A stretch of DNA of 64,000 bases from Bacteroidales bacterium (GTDB lineage Bacteria > Bacteroidota > Bacteroidia > Bacteroidales > VadinHA17). The stretch spans positions 6,234 through 70,233 of the forward strand of contig WXFE01000017.1 in NCBI GenBank assembly GCA_009881065.1, read 5' to 3'. Both the position numbers and the translations under genes were made by a program. Positions 45,767-55,771 of this stretch are shown here, piece after piece. The notes below the pieces were generated by a model. The model was not told the DNA's origin, ran no database searches, and saw only the letters and a program-made list of their open reading frames with translations. How positions within the stretch are numbered: position 1 is the first letter of the stretch; each line of letters starts with the position of its first letter.

Positions 45767-46645
45767 TTACTTTGTCCAGGTTGTATTAAAGCAGTCCCAT
45801 GCATAGACATAGGCATCAATAACAATGCACATTCTGTCAATCTTGATGGTTCCGTCTGCCTCAATGGTACCAGTAATTTTATATGATGAAGCAGCTTCAA
45901 GCATGCCGGCAGTAAGGTAACCGCTGGAAATTGCAAGAATCTCATCAGTTGCGTAGTAGAGTGATCCGCTGGAATAGCCGTAGGTTTCCCCAAGGGCGCT
46001 CGGAGACTTCATCTCAATTGTCATGTCAGTAGTGTTGAGGGTTGCCACAACCGGGGTTGAGGTTCCTGCAATACCAACAACGTTAAGCTTGTTATTATCA
46101 GATTCAACTGCACTGGTGGTGATTGTCCAATCCTCATCCCAAGCACCTGGTTTTCCGTAACTGACAGCAGTAACATTAAATGTGCCCAGCCATGTTTTAA
46201 GCGGATGTTCATCATCAACAATGGTTACCAGGATTGAATTCTGAACCGCTACCGGATAGTTTTTACTGTTGGAGGCAATAGAGACTCTAAACTGCTTGTT
46301 GCCGGTAAAAATGTCATTATCGATCGGGGTAACCGTTACCGATGCAAGGCCTACAGGCAGATTCAGATTCTTTGTTGAAAGGGTGAAGTCTGTTCCCTCC
46401 ACTGCCGGTTTGCCTATTCCTTCAACAGAGACAGAAAGAGTGACATCTGTAGCCTCTGTTCCTTGAGCAGCGCCAAGGTAGATTGTGAATGAACCTGTTG
46501 CATCTTCCTTGACTGAAAGAGTGGCCTGGCTCATTCCAACGATGGTGCTTGAATCATCAAAAATTAAAGGATATTTATCATCGCACGAGGTCGTCATTAA
46601 CATGACAACTGTGAGAATGAGTAAGTTGGAAATTATCTTTTTCAT
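45767..46645 (-). CDS. Surface lipoprotein with Calx-beta-like domain (PUL accessory protein)
   Basis: Lipobox MLMTTSC. The segment ATLSVKEDATGSFTIYL...VEGTDFTL...VTVTPIDNDIFTGNKQFRVSI resembles Calx-beta. It starts 17 nt after the susD-like stop. Confidence 0.55.
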   Translation of the reverse strand: MKKIISNLLILTVVMLMTTSCDDKYPLIFDDSSTIVGMSQATLSVKEDATGSFTIYLGAAQGTEATDVTLSVSVEGIGKPAVEGTDFTLSTKNLNLPVGLASVTVTPIDNDIFTGNKQFRVSIASNSKNYPVAVQNSILVTIVDDEHPLKTWLGTFNVTAVSYGKPGAWDEDWTITTSAVESDNNKLNVVGIAGTSTPVVATLNTTDMTIEMKSPSALGETYGYSSGSLYYATDEILAISSGYLTAGMLEAASSYKITGTIEADGTIKIDRMCIVIDAYVYAWDCFNTTWTK

Positions 46646-46662
46646 AATTTACGAGTTTAATG

Positions 46663-48108
46663 TTAATAACCCGGATTCTGTTCGCAGTTGACATTAGCGT
46701 CAATCTCCGCCTGAGGAATAGGCATAGCCCATTTATAATTGACAAGAGCTGTTCCGCCTGCGGTGAATGGGATATCCTTGTTTGAAAGCCCGGTATAATC
46801 ATTCCTGACAAGGGAGCGCTGTGTGCGTGCAAGATCGAACAATTCATTGCCTTCGAAGCACAGTTCTCTTCTTCTTTCAGCGTAGATATCACTCAGGGTG
46901 ACAGCACCTGCGGCTGCCAGTCCGCGATTTGTACGGATTGCGTTATAGTCGTCCAGTGCGGTTGCTCCTGCTACTGAAGCTCCGTTAAGGATAGCCTCAG
47001 CACGGATAAGGTACATTTCTGCCAGACGGAGAACTGGCACATTGAACTCACGGTGGGGTGTTCTTCCAAGACGTCCCGGATATTTCAGGCTCCAGTATTC
47101 GCCAGGATAATCATCCGGCTGGAGGAACAGGTCAGCACGCACATCACCGGCTTCGTAAAGGTTGAGTACATCAAGTGATGCAGCACAGTCGCCGTAGCCG
47201 CCCGGATCCATCATATAGGATATTGCATCCCACCAGGGATGTGAGGAGTTGCCTTCTGAGCCGTCAACCTGGAAGATAATTTCTTTACCCGGGCCACCAC
47301 TGCCCCAGTAACCCTTATTATCCCATGTGGTGTAGTCATCGGCGGTGAAGAGTGAAAGCCCTGCAGTACCAATTACCGTGGTGGCATATGATGCAGCTTC
47401 CGCCCAGTTCTCCATATAGAGGTAAACCTTGGCAAGAAGCGCCTGAGCAGCCACCTTGGTTGCGTATGCAGCATCATCTCCTCTCTTGTTGGTGACCGGC
47501 AGGAGAGCGATAGCATCCTTAAGGTCAGCTACAACCCTGTCATAAGTTTCACCAACCGTATTACGGGCGGGATAACCGTTTTCCGTTACAAGCACAACCG
47601 GAACACCCAGGTTAGTGGTTCCTGCCGAATATGGCTGGCAATACATGCGTGCAAGGTCAAAGTAAGCAAGACCTCTCATGAAGAGGCACTCGCCCCTAAG
47701 CACGTTCAGTTGAGCCTCTTCAACGCCGGTCTCGGTGAAACCGCCGTCAATTACTTCCAACACGTTATTGGCCTTTGCAATTGTAGAATAAGCTGTTGCC
47801 CAAAGCCCTGATGTTGATGCAGGAGTGTTGTTCCACAGATACTCATCAGTATACCGTCCTGATATTACAGAACCCCTTTTGGCATTACCACCCTTCATGT
47901 CAGCTGTGATCACAAACTGTGATCCGTACCATGCATAACCACACAGTTGGGAATATACACCACCAGTGGCATTATCAAGGCCCTTATAGGTGGAAAGTGT
48001 AAGCTCGTTTGACTGGGATAACCGGGGCTCCTTGACAAGGAAATCCTCACAAGCAGTGAAAAGTACTGCAAAGGTTACCATTAAAAGTATTAAGTGTTTT
48101 GTTTTCAT
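46663..48108 (-). CDS. SusD/RagB-family nutrient-binding outer membrane lipoprotein
   Basis: 481 aa with lipobox LFTAC, a TPR-like helical core (RGECLFMRGLAYFDLARMY, AKVYLYMENW, AEMYLIRAEA) and a C-terminal WAMPIPQAEI. Confidence 0.9.
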   Translation of the reverse strand: MKTKHLILLMVTFAVLFTACEDFLVKEPRLSQSNELTLSTYKGLDNATGGVYSQLCGYAWYGSQFVITADMKGGNAKRGSVISGRYTDEYLWNNTPASTSGLWATAYSTIAKANNVLEVIDGGFTETGVEEAQLNVLRGECLFMRGLAYFDLARMYCQPYSAGTTNLGVPVVLVTENGYPARNTVGETYDRVVADLKDAIALLPVTNKRGDDAAYATKVAAQALLAKVYLYMENWAEAASYATTVIGTAGLSLFTADDYTTWDNKGYWGSGGPGKEIIFQVDGSEGNSSHPWWDAISYMMDPGGYGDCAASLDVLNLYEAGDVRADLFLQPDDYPGEYWSLKYPGRLGRTPHREFNVPVLRLAEMYLIRAEAILNGASVAGATALDDYNAIRTNRGLAAAGAVTLSDIYAERRRELCFEGNELFDLARTQRSLVRNDYTGLSNKDIPFTAGGTALVNYKWAMPIPQAEIDANVNCEQNPGY

Positions 48109-48127
48109 AGCGTCATCGATTTATTTG

Positions 48128-51103
48128 TTAGAATGATACCTCAATGCCACCTATGATCTTCTTGGACATCGGATATATACCGAAACCGCATCCGTCAACG
48201 CCTCTTTCCGGATCCCAGAAGTCAACGTTATGGAAGGTGTACAGGTTCACTGCGCTAGCATAGACCCTCAGGTTCTGCATTTTCATCTTGTTAACAACTG
48301 CCCTGGGCAGGTTGTATGAGAGGGTGATATTCTTCAGCCTCAGGTATGAGCCGTCATATAACCATCTTGTGCTGCGGTAGCCGTTTGAACTGGTAGTGTT
48401 GTTGGCTATCGGTTTCGGGTTTCTTGCAATCTGGCCGGGTGTAGTCCAGTAATCGAGCTGGGTATTTGCACCGGTATTGGGCCAGCTGTATCCGTCAGAG
48501 TTGGCATAACGGTTCTCCTCAATGGATACAAGATTGCCCCACTTATATTCAAGGTTGACGTCAAGTGTTACGCCATAGGCTGCCAGCTTGGTATTAATAC
48601 CACCGGTCAGCTTGGGTTCAGGTGTCCCGGCTATGATTCTTCTGGCCTGAGCATAGTTGTTGGTGAGTTCACCATTCTCATTATACCACATGGCGTCACC
48701 GTTGGCCGGGTTAACACCGGCATAGTCATACAGGTAGAAGCTGTACAGGTGTTCACCTACCTTATGTACAAGGCGGTTATTGCCAGGGATGAACTGCTCA
48801 TCCTTGCCAAGGTCAAGAATTGTACTGTTATTATGGGCAACATTGAAACCGGCAGACCATTCAAAGTTATTGCCTGTGATCAGCGTCCCGTCCAACATAA
48901 ACTCAATACCTTCGTTCTTGATTGACCCGATGTTGGTTGTTATGGAGCTGAAACCGGATGTACGTGACAGGGGATAGGCAAGAAGCATATCCAGGGTCTT
49001 GCGTGAGTACACATCAAATGAACCGGTGATGCGGTCAAATAATGCAAAGTCAAGACCTGCGTTATAACCGGTATTGTTTTCCCATCCAATATCAGGATTT
49101 GATGGCTGGGTGGGAACCATAACAGAGTTTCCGTTGTACTGCCCTGCACCGTAAAGACCATACTGGGCATAGTTGCCAATGTTGAAGTTACCGCTGATAC
49201 CATAGCTTCCGCGAAGCTTAAGCATGTTGATGAACTCTACATTGTCCATGAAGTGCTCCTTATGAATGTTCCATGATGCACCCACTGACCAGAAGGTACC
49301 CCAGCGGTTCTTTGATCCGAAACGTGACGAACCGTCTGTCCTGAGGCTTGCCTGCAGATAATACTTATTGTCGTAATTATAGCGGGCAACACCAAAGAAT
49401 GACATTATGGTGTATGCTGTCTCATAATAATCCGCATCATCGTCATCCGAGGTGGCCGTGTTTGGGAACGGAATATTCGGGTCTACGTTGGGAGATACGA
49501 TATAGTACTCGTTATAGTCAAATTTTGAAGCTTCCTGACCGCCTACAATTGAGAGGTTATGCGAGCCAAACTCCTTGTCGAAGTTAAGGGTGTTTGAGGT
49601 TGTAAGCAGTACATACTTGGTTCTTGAGGTCTGAAGGTAACCCAGTGTCTCACCATAGTTGGCCTCAGGGCTCCAGTATCTTACACCTTCACCGTCAGTT
49701 AATTCAATACTGTTGGCTGTCTTTGCTGTAAGACCCTTTATAATCTGATACTCAAGGAATCCGTTTGTGTTGAGCCTGTACTGCTTTTCCCACTGCGGGT
49801 CATACTCGGCAGTGGCACGCGGGTTGGCATTGGCATTCTCCGGAATAATCAGGTTATATGTACCGTCATCATTCCTGATCGGAGTGAATGGCTTGATCAT
49901 CATCATGGCAAACAGCGGGTTCACGTAGTACATTGACTGCATGGGAACGTCGTTTGCAACTGAATATGCTCCGTTGAAACGGACACCCAGCTTCAGTTTC
50001 TTGTTCAGCTGATGGTCAACGTTTGAACGTATGGAAAACTTGGTGAAGTCAGAACCGTATACAATACCCTCGTGCTTGTCATACAAACCTGAGAAGAAGT
50101 GCTGGGTCCTGTCGCTGCCACCCTGTGCACTCAGCTCTGCAGAATAGATGCTGCCTGTACGGGTGAGCTCTTTCATCCAGTCAGTAATAGGTCCGTCAAG
50201 AAGAGAATTCGGGAAATAGTATTTCGAGTTTGACGGATCATCAGGGTTACCACCTGCATTTATCACAGCCGTCCTCTGGAAGGTAAGGTATTCTTCTGCC
50301 GTGAGTGGCCTGTAACCATTGTCATTGGCAATCTGCTCAACACCATATGATGCACGGAAATTCATCTTTGCAGCACCGGCTTTACCTGACTTGGTAGTAA
50401 TGAGAATTACACCGTTGGCTGCCCTTGAACCGTAGATACTTGAGGCAGCGGCATCCTTGAGGATCGTCATTGACTCAACATCATTCGGGTTGAGTGAAGC
50501 AAGTGCATTACCTGTGTTTGTAAAGAAACTCTGGTCACCTGACATCACGGGAATACCATCAATAACGTACAGGGGTTCCGAGCCTGCATTGATTGAGCTG
50601 ATACCACGGATTCGAATCTGGGTATTTGCACCAGGCTGCCCTGATGTTGCAGTTACCTGAACACCAGCCACCTTTCCGGAAAGCATTTTCTCAATACTTG
50701 TCTCAGGAACGTTCTGAATCTCCGAACTCTTTACTTCGCCTACCGATCCCGTGCTGGCTTCACGCTTCTGAACACCGTATGCCACAACAACAACCTCTTC
50801 GAGGTTAAGAAGGTCAGGCTGCATTACAATATCAATTGTATTGGCAGCACCTACAGTGACCTCCTGCGTTTTCTGACCGGTAAACCTGAAAACAAGAATT
50901 TGGCCCGGTGAGGCCTGAATTGAGTAGTTTCCGTCTACGTCGGTAACTACTCCAATTGTGGTTCCTTTAATCAAAACGGTTACTCCTGGTATCCCGAGGT
51001 TGTCCTCAGAGGAAGTAACCATTCCGGTAACTGTCTTCTGCTGGGCAGCAGAAGTCAGCAGTAATCCACAAAGCAAGAAAAATACTGAAAGTAGTCTTTT
51101 CAT
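48128..51103 (-). CDS. SusC/RagA-family TonB-linked outer membrane transporter
   Basis: 991 aa with a CarboxypepD_reg-like N-terminus (VTGMVTSSEDNLGIPGVTVLIKGT), a plug domain (LEEVVVVAYGVQKREASTGSV, ILKDAAASSIYGSRAANGVILITTK) and a barrel ending in IEVSF. Confidence 0.95.
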   Translation of the reverse strand: MKRLLSVFFLLCGLLLTSAAQQKTVTGMVTSSEDNLGIPGVTVLIKGTTIGVVTDVDGNYSIQASPGQILVFRFTGQKTQEVTVGAANTIDIVMQPDLLNLEEVVVVAYGVQKREASTGSVGEVKSSEIQNVPETSIEKMLSGKVAGVQVTATSGQPGANTQIRIRGISSINAGSEPLYVIDGIPVMSGDQSFFTNTGNALASLNPNDVESMTILKDAAASSIYGSRAANGVILITTKSGKAGAAKMNFRASYGVEQIANDNGYRPLTAEEYLTFQRTAVINAGGNPDDPSNSKYYFPNSLLDGPITDWMKELTRTGSIYSAELSAQGGSDRTQHFFSGLYDKHEGIVYGSDFTKFSIRSNVDHQLNKKLKLGVRFNGAYSVANDVPMQSMYYVNPLFAMMMIKPFTPIRNDDGTYNLIIPENANANPRATAEYDPQWEKQYRLNTNGFLEYQIIKGLTAKTANSIELTDGEGVRYWSPEANYGETLGYLQTSRTKYVLLTTSNTLNFDKEFGSHNLSIVGGQEASKFDYNEYYIVSPNVDPNIPFPNTATSDDDDADYYETAYTIMSFFGVARYNYDNKYYLQASLRTDGSSRFGSKNRWGTFWSVGASWNIHKEHFMDNVEFINMLKLRGSYGISGNFNIGNYAQYGLYGAGQYNGNSVMVPTQPSNPDIGWENNTGYNAGLDFALFDRITGSFDVYSRKTLDMLLAYPLSRTSGFSSITTNIGSIKNEGIEFMLDGTLITGNNFEWSAGFNVAHNNSTILDLGKDEQFIPGNNRLVHKVGEHLYSFYLYDYAGVNPANGDAMWYNENGELTNNYAQARRIIAGTPEPKLTGGINTKLAAYGVTLDVNLEYKWGNLVSIEENRYANSDGYSWPNTGANTQLDYWTTPGQIARNPKPIANNTTSSNGYRSTRWLYDGSYLRLKNITLSYNLPRAVVNKMKMQNLRVYASAVNLYTFHNVDFWDPERGVDGCGFGIYPMSKKIIGGIEVSF

Positions 51104-51216
51104 AACTCTTAGATTAGGTTAATACTAAACAAAATGTAGTTTCAAATAAAGCAGGTAAATATAAGAAAAAATATTTGCATGAAATAAGTTGGACATAAAC
51201 AATCTCTATTTTTCCT

Positions 51217-51224
51217 TAGATTTG
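51217..51224 (+). promoter_or_regulatory. -7 promoter box TAGATTTG upstream of dnaE
   Basis: Exact TAnnTTTG match 37 nt upstream of ATG 51261. Confidence 0.4.
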
Positions 51225-51260
51225 TAATCTGGTGAGGAGAAAAACCCGTTTAGCACTTTT

Positions 51261-54200
51261 ATGTCATCATTTGTTCATTTACACGTACATACACAATACT
51301 CCATTCTTGACGGGGCAGCAGCAGTAAAACCTCTGGTCAGCAGGGCCAGGGAACTGGGAATGACGGCCATTGCCATCACTGACCACGGTAACATGTTCGG
51401 TGTGAAAGGGTTTCATGATGCCGCTACCGAAGAATCAATAAAGCCCATTATAGGATGTGAGATCTATGTGGCCCGGACAAGCCTTGAAGACAAAACATCG
51501 ATAGAGGACCGCTCCGGTGACCACCTCATATTACTGGCAAAAAACAAAACCGGCTACCAGAACCTGGTCAGGCTGGTCTCCGAAGCCTGGATAAGAGGCT
51601 TCTATTACAAGCCCCGTATTGACAAGGAGCTTCTCCTCAAACACCGGGAGGGGCTGATAGCCTCCTCAGCCTGCATAGCCGGTGAGGCAGCCCAGGAGAT
51701 ACTGGCAGGAAACATGCGGGAGGCAGAGGAAGCCATCCTTTCATACAGGGAGATTTTCGGCGACGATTACTATCTTGAAGTGCAGCGCCATGAAACAACT
51801 GACCCGACAGCAGACGTCACCGTCTTTCCGCAGCAGCAAAGGGTGATAGCTGCATACCGTGAACTTGCTGCAAAACATAATATTAAAATAATTGCTTCGA
51901 ATGACGTCCACTTCATAATGAAGGATGACGCCGAGGCCCATGACCGTCTCATCTGCCTCAATACAGGCAAGGACCTCGATGACCCGAAAAGGCTTCGATA
52001 TACCAAACAGGAGTATCTGAAGAGCGCAGAAGAGATGCTCAGCATCTTTGCCGATATGCCAGAGGCGGTCAGCAACACTGTGGAACTGGCTGACAAGGTT
52101 GAATATTATGATCTCAACAGCGAGCCCATAATGCCGGAATTCACCATACCGGCGGAATTTGCCGACAAGGACGAGTATCTCAGGCACCTGACAATGAAAG
52201 GTGCAGCAGAGCGGTGGGAGACTATCACACCCGAAATAGAGAAACGTCTTGACTTTGAGCTCTCGGTAATAAAAAATATGAAGTTCCCCGGATACTTCCT
52301 GATTGTGCAGGATTTTCTGAGGGCTGCCCGCGAGATGGGCGTATGGGTGGGGCCGGGCAGAGGCTCCGCCGCAGGAAGCGCTGTAGCATATTCCCTCCGG
52401 ATTACAGACATTGACCCGATAAAATACAACCTCCTCTTCGAGAGATTTCTAAACCCTGACCGCATCTCAATGCCTGACATAGACATCGACTTCGACGAAG
52501 ACGGACGTGAAAAGGTGCTCAGGTACGTGGTTGAAAAATATGGTCATGACCGTGTGGCACATATAATCACATTCGGCACCATGGCCGCAAAGATGGCTAT
52601 CAGGGATGTTGCACGGGTTCAGAAACTGCCACTGCCGGAAGCAATAAGACTGACAAAGATGGTGCCCGACAAGCCCGGGGTAACACTGAAGGCAGCCTAC
52701 GAAGAGGTGCCTGAACTCCTTAAAGAGAAGGATTCAAAGGATCCGCTGGTGGCACAGACACTGAAATATGCCGGGGTGCTCGAGGGAAGCATCAGGCAGA
52801 CCGGCGTGCACGCCTGCGGTATAATCATTGGCAAGAATAGCCTGTCTGAACATATACCCATCTGCACGGCAAAGGATACAGACCTCTATGTGACCCAGTA
52901 TGAGGGCAATCACGTTGAGCCTGTCGGCCTGCTGAAAATGGACTTTCTGGGGCTGAAAACACTTTCGATAATGAAGGATGCCGTTGAAAATATAAAAAAA
53001 TCAAAGGGCATAACCATTGATCTTCAGACCCTGGAACTTGACGACCGGGCTACCTATGAACTCTTTAGCAACGGCGAGACAACAGGTGTGTTTCAGTTTG
53101 AATCTGTCGGCATGAAACGCTATCTCCGCGAGCTGAAACCAAACCAGTTTGGCGATCTCATCGCCATGAACGCTCTCTACCGCCCCGGCCCGATGGATTA
53201 CATACCTCAGTTCATCAGACGTAAACACGGTCAAGAGAAGATCTCGTACGTGGTGCCGGCAATGGAGAAGTATCTGAAGGAGACCTACGGCATCACTGTC
53301 TTCCAGGAGCAGGTGATGCTTCTCTCACAGGAACTTGGCGGCTTTACCAAAGGCGAGGCCGACTCGCTGCGCAAAGCAATAAGCAAGAAAAAACTCGACA
53401 TCATGAACATGCTGAAGGAGCAGTTCATCAAGGGTTGCCAGGCGAACGGCTATGACCAGAACACGATAAACAGAATATGGTCTGACTGGGAGTCATTCGC
53501 CCAATATGCCTTCAACAAGTCACACTCCACCTGTTATGCGCTGATAGCCTACCAGACAGGATACCTCAAGGCAAACTACCCGGCTGAGTTCATGGCGGCA
53601 GTACTGAGCCGGAACATCAATGACATAAAGAAGATCACCGTCATGATGGAGGAGACCAGGCGCATGGGAATAGAAGTGCTGGGGCCTGACGTCAACGAAA
53701 GCCTCCTGCAGTTTACCGTCAACAGTAAAGGCAACATCAGGTTCGGGCTGGGCGCCATCAAGGGAATGGGTGAGAATGCAGTGCTTCACCTGATAGAGGA
53801 ACGGGAAAAGAACGGGCCATACAAAGACATATATGATCTTGCAGAAAGGGTGAACCTGAATACCGTCAACAAGAAAATGCTTGAAGCCCTGGTGGTATCA
53901 GGCGCCCTCGACGGGCTGCCGGATATGACCAGAGCACGGTACTTCGCCGCAGACGGCAAGGGCTCAAGCTTCCTCGAAAGCCTCATCCGCTACGGCAACA
54001 ACGTCAAGAACATCAGAAACAGCACTCAACAGTCTCTCTTCGGTGATACCGGAGGATTTGACCTTGTGCGCCCCGAACCGGCACCATGCCCCGACTGGTC
54101 TAAGCTTGAAAAACTGAACAAGGAGAAGGAGGTTATCGGTATCTACCTCTCATCACACCCTCTTGACGACTTTAAGCTGGAAATCAATACATTCTGCAAT

Positions 54201-54746
54201 GCAAGCCTGGCAGACCTTCAGAACCTGAGCGAGTTCGCAAACCGTGACGTCTGCGTTGCAGGAATTGTCAGCGATACCCGAAGCGGAGTGACCAAAAACG
54301 GAAAACCCTTCGGTGGGTTCACACTTCAGGATTATACCGACTCATTCTCCTTCCTGCTGTTCGACAAGGATTATGTTGCCTTCAGCAACTACTTCAGGAA
54401 TGACTACCAGCTCCTTGTCAAAGGAAGGGTGCAGGGAAGACATTACAAACCAGAGGAGCTCGAATTCAGGATAAAGGAGATACACCTTCTGACAGCAGTC
54501 AGGGAAGACCTGATAACCTCTCTTACAATAAAACTGAAACCGGAACTGGTTAATCCCGAATTCATTAAAAACCTGAAGTCAGTCATCTTGGAAAACCCGG
54601 GAAACAAATCCCTGAAATTCCTGCTGATTGACCATGACGAGCGGATTACCATCCCGCTCTTCTCGCGAAGCATAAAGGCAGGAATCACCGATGAACTTAT
54701 CGGATGGATTGAAGATAATCCTGAACTGGGGTTTAAAGTAAATTAG
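51261..54746 (+). CDS. dnaE: DNA polymerase III alpha subunit
   Basis: 1161 aa with an N-terminal PHP domain (FVHLHVHTQYSILDGA, ITDHGNMFG), the Pol IIIa core (GPGRGSAAGS, PDIDIDF) and a C-terminal OB fold. Confidence 0.97.
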   Translation: MSSFVHLHVHTQYSILDGAAAVKPLVSRARELGMTAIAITDHGNMFGVKGFHDAATEESIKPIIGCEIYVARTSLEDKTSIEDRSGDHLILLAKNKTGYQNLVRLVSEAWIRGFYYKPRIDKELLLKHREGLIASSACIAGEAAQEILAGNMREAEEAILSYREIFGDDYYLEVQRHETTDPTADVTVFPQQQRVIAAYRELAAKHNIKIIASNDVHFIMKDDAEAHDRLICLNTGKDLDDPKRLRYTKQEYLKSAEEMLSIFADMPEAVSNTVELADKVEYYDLNSEPIMPEFTIPAEFADKDEYLRHLTMKGAAERWETITPEIEKRLDFELSVIKNMKFPGYFLIVQDFLRAAREMGVWVGPGRGSAAGSAVAYSLRITDIDPIKYNLLFERFLNPDRISMPDIDIDFDEDGREKVLRYVVEKYGHDRVAHIITFGTMAAKMAIRDVARVQKLPLPEAIRLTKMVPDKPGVTLKAAYEEVPELLKEKDSKDPLVAQTLKYAGVLEGSIRQTGVHACGIIIGKNSLSEHIPICTAKDTDLYVTQYEGNHVEPVGLLKMDFLGLKTLSIMKDAVENIKKSKGITIDLQTLELDDRATYELFSNGETTGVFQFESVGMKRYLRELKPNQFGDLIAMNALYRPGPMDYIPQFIRRKHGQEKISYVVPAMEKYLKETYGITVFQEQVMLLSQELGGFTKGEADSLRKAISKKKLDIMNMLKEQFIKGCQANGYDQNTINRIWSDWESFAQYAFNKSHSTCYALIAYQTGYLKANYPAEFMAAVLSRNINDIKKITVMMEETRRMGIEVLGPDVNESLLQFTVNSKGNIRFGLGAIKGMGENAVLHLIEEREKNGPYKDIYDLAERVNLNTVNKKMLEALVVSGALDGLPDMTRARYFAADGKGSSFLESLIRYGNNVKNIRNSTQQSLFGDTGGFDLVRPEPAPCPDWSKLEKLNKEKEVIGIYLSSHPLDDFKLEINTFCNASLADLQNLSEFANRDVCVAGIVSDTRSGVTKNGKPFGGFTLQDYTDSFSFLLFDKDYVAFSNYFRNDYQLLVKGRVQGRHYKPEELEFRIKEIHLLTAVREDLITSLTIKLKPELVNPEFIKNLKSVILENPGNKSLKFLLIDHDERITIPLFSRSIKAGITDELIGWIEDNPELGFKVN

Positions 54747-54747
54747 G

Positions 54748-54755
54748 TATCTTTG
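54748..54755 (+). promoter_or_regulatory. -7 promoter box TATCTTTG upstream of trxA
   Basis: Exact TAnnTTTG match 38 nt upstream of ATG 54793. Confidence 0.4.
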
Positions 54756-54792
54756 GAACGCAAAAAAAGCAATTTAAGAAACGTATAATATT

Positions 54793-55110
54793 ATGACACA
54801 ACAAGTTAACGACAGCAATTTTGATGAGGTTGTATTGAAGTCAGACAAACCGGTTATTGTCGATTTCTGGGCTGAATGGTGCGGACCCTGCAGAATGATA
54901 GCGCCATACATCGAACAGTTGGCAGATGCTTACAGGGAAAGGGCCCTGGTCGTTAAATGTGATATCGAAAGTTCACCGGGAATTGCCCGCCGCTTTACGA
55001 TCAGGAATATCCCGACAGTGCTTTATTTCAAGAACGGCGAGGTGGTTGACAAGCAGGTGGGCGCAGCTGCCCGCTCAGCCTTCGAGGCCAAACTCACTCC
55101 CCTGCTCTGA
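54793..55110 (+). CDS. trxA: Thioredoxin
   Basis: 105 aa with the canonical VDFWAEWCGPCR active site. Confidence 0.95.
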   Translation: MTQQVNDSNFDEVVLKSDKPVIVDFWAEWCGPCRMIAPYIEQLADAYRERALVVKCDIESSPGIARRFTIRNIPTVLYFKNGEVVDKQVGAAARSAFEAKLTPLL

Positions 55111-55117
55111 TACCATA

Positions 55118-55693
55118 ATGAAGGTATGTGTATTTGCAGCCTCCAGCAGCCGGATTGACGCTGCCTACATGAAGGCTGCCAAAGAACTGGGCATGGCATT
55201 CGCCAGGCACCGGGTACATGCCGTGTTCGGTGGTGGCGGCATAGGGTTGATGGGAATATTTGCCGATTCGCTCATGGCTAATGGCGGTTCCATCACCGGC
55301 GTCATCCCGGGTTTTATGATGGATGAAGGATGGGGGCACAGCGGCGTCAGTGATATGATTGTAACCCCTGACATGTCAGAGAGGAAGAAGACCATCTTTG
55401 CCATGTCCGATGCTGCCGTGGCGCTTCCGGGAGGCGTGGGCACACTTGAAGAACTCACCGAGGTGATAACACTGAAGCAGCTCGGCCAGTTCAATAAACC
55501 TGTTATAATCATTAATGTCAACGGCTTCTATGACCACCTCATCGAGTTCTTTGACCACATGGTCAGAGGCCACTTCATGAGGCTGGAACACAAGGATATC
55601 TGGCAGATAGTCACCACTGCCGAAGAGGTTGTGCCGGCTATTGTCAATTACACCGGGTGGTATGCAGACCCGAAGACGATTGCCAGGATCTGA
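55118..55693 (+). CDS. LOG-family (TIGR00730) nucleotide phosphoribohydrolase-like protein
   Basis: I prefer ATG 55118 (MKVCVFAASS...) over the track start 54926, which overlaps trxA out of frame. Motifs are GGGGIGLMG and PGGVGTLEEL. Confidence 0.85.
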   Translation: MKVCVFAASSSRIDAAYMKAAKELGMAFARHRVHAVFGGGGIGLMGIFADSLMANGGSITGVIPGFMMDEGWGHSGVSDMIVTPDMSERKKTIFAMSDAAVALPGGVGTLEELTEVITLKQLGQFNKPVIIINVNGFYDHLIEFFDHMVRGHFMRLEHKDIWQIVTTAEEVVPAIVNYTGWYADPKTIARI

Positions 55694-55701
55694 ACCTGAA
55701 T

Positions 55702-55770
55702 CATCAGATATGTCTGCAGGGCTGACCCGGAAACATGAGCCATCAGATATGTCTGCAGGGCTGACCCGGA
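55702..55770. repeat. Perfect 30-nt direct repeat x2, period 39 bp
   Basis: CATCAGATATGTCTGCAGGGCTGACCCGGA occurs at 55702-55731 and 55741-55770. It fills the convergent gap between the LOG gene (stop 55693) and the PP2C sensor gene (stop 55772). Confidence 0.95.
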
Positions 55771-55771
55771 T

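Noticed and set aside
54926-55117. The upstream extension of the LOG-family ORF (track start 54926).
   Set aside because: It overlaps trxA out of frame and encodes R/S/P-rich sequence. The conserved LOG N-terminus (MKVCVFAASS) begins at ATG 55118, 8 nt after the trxA stop.
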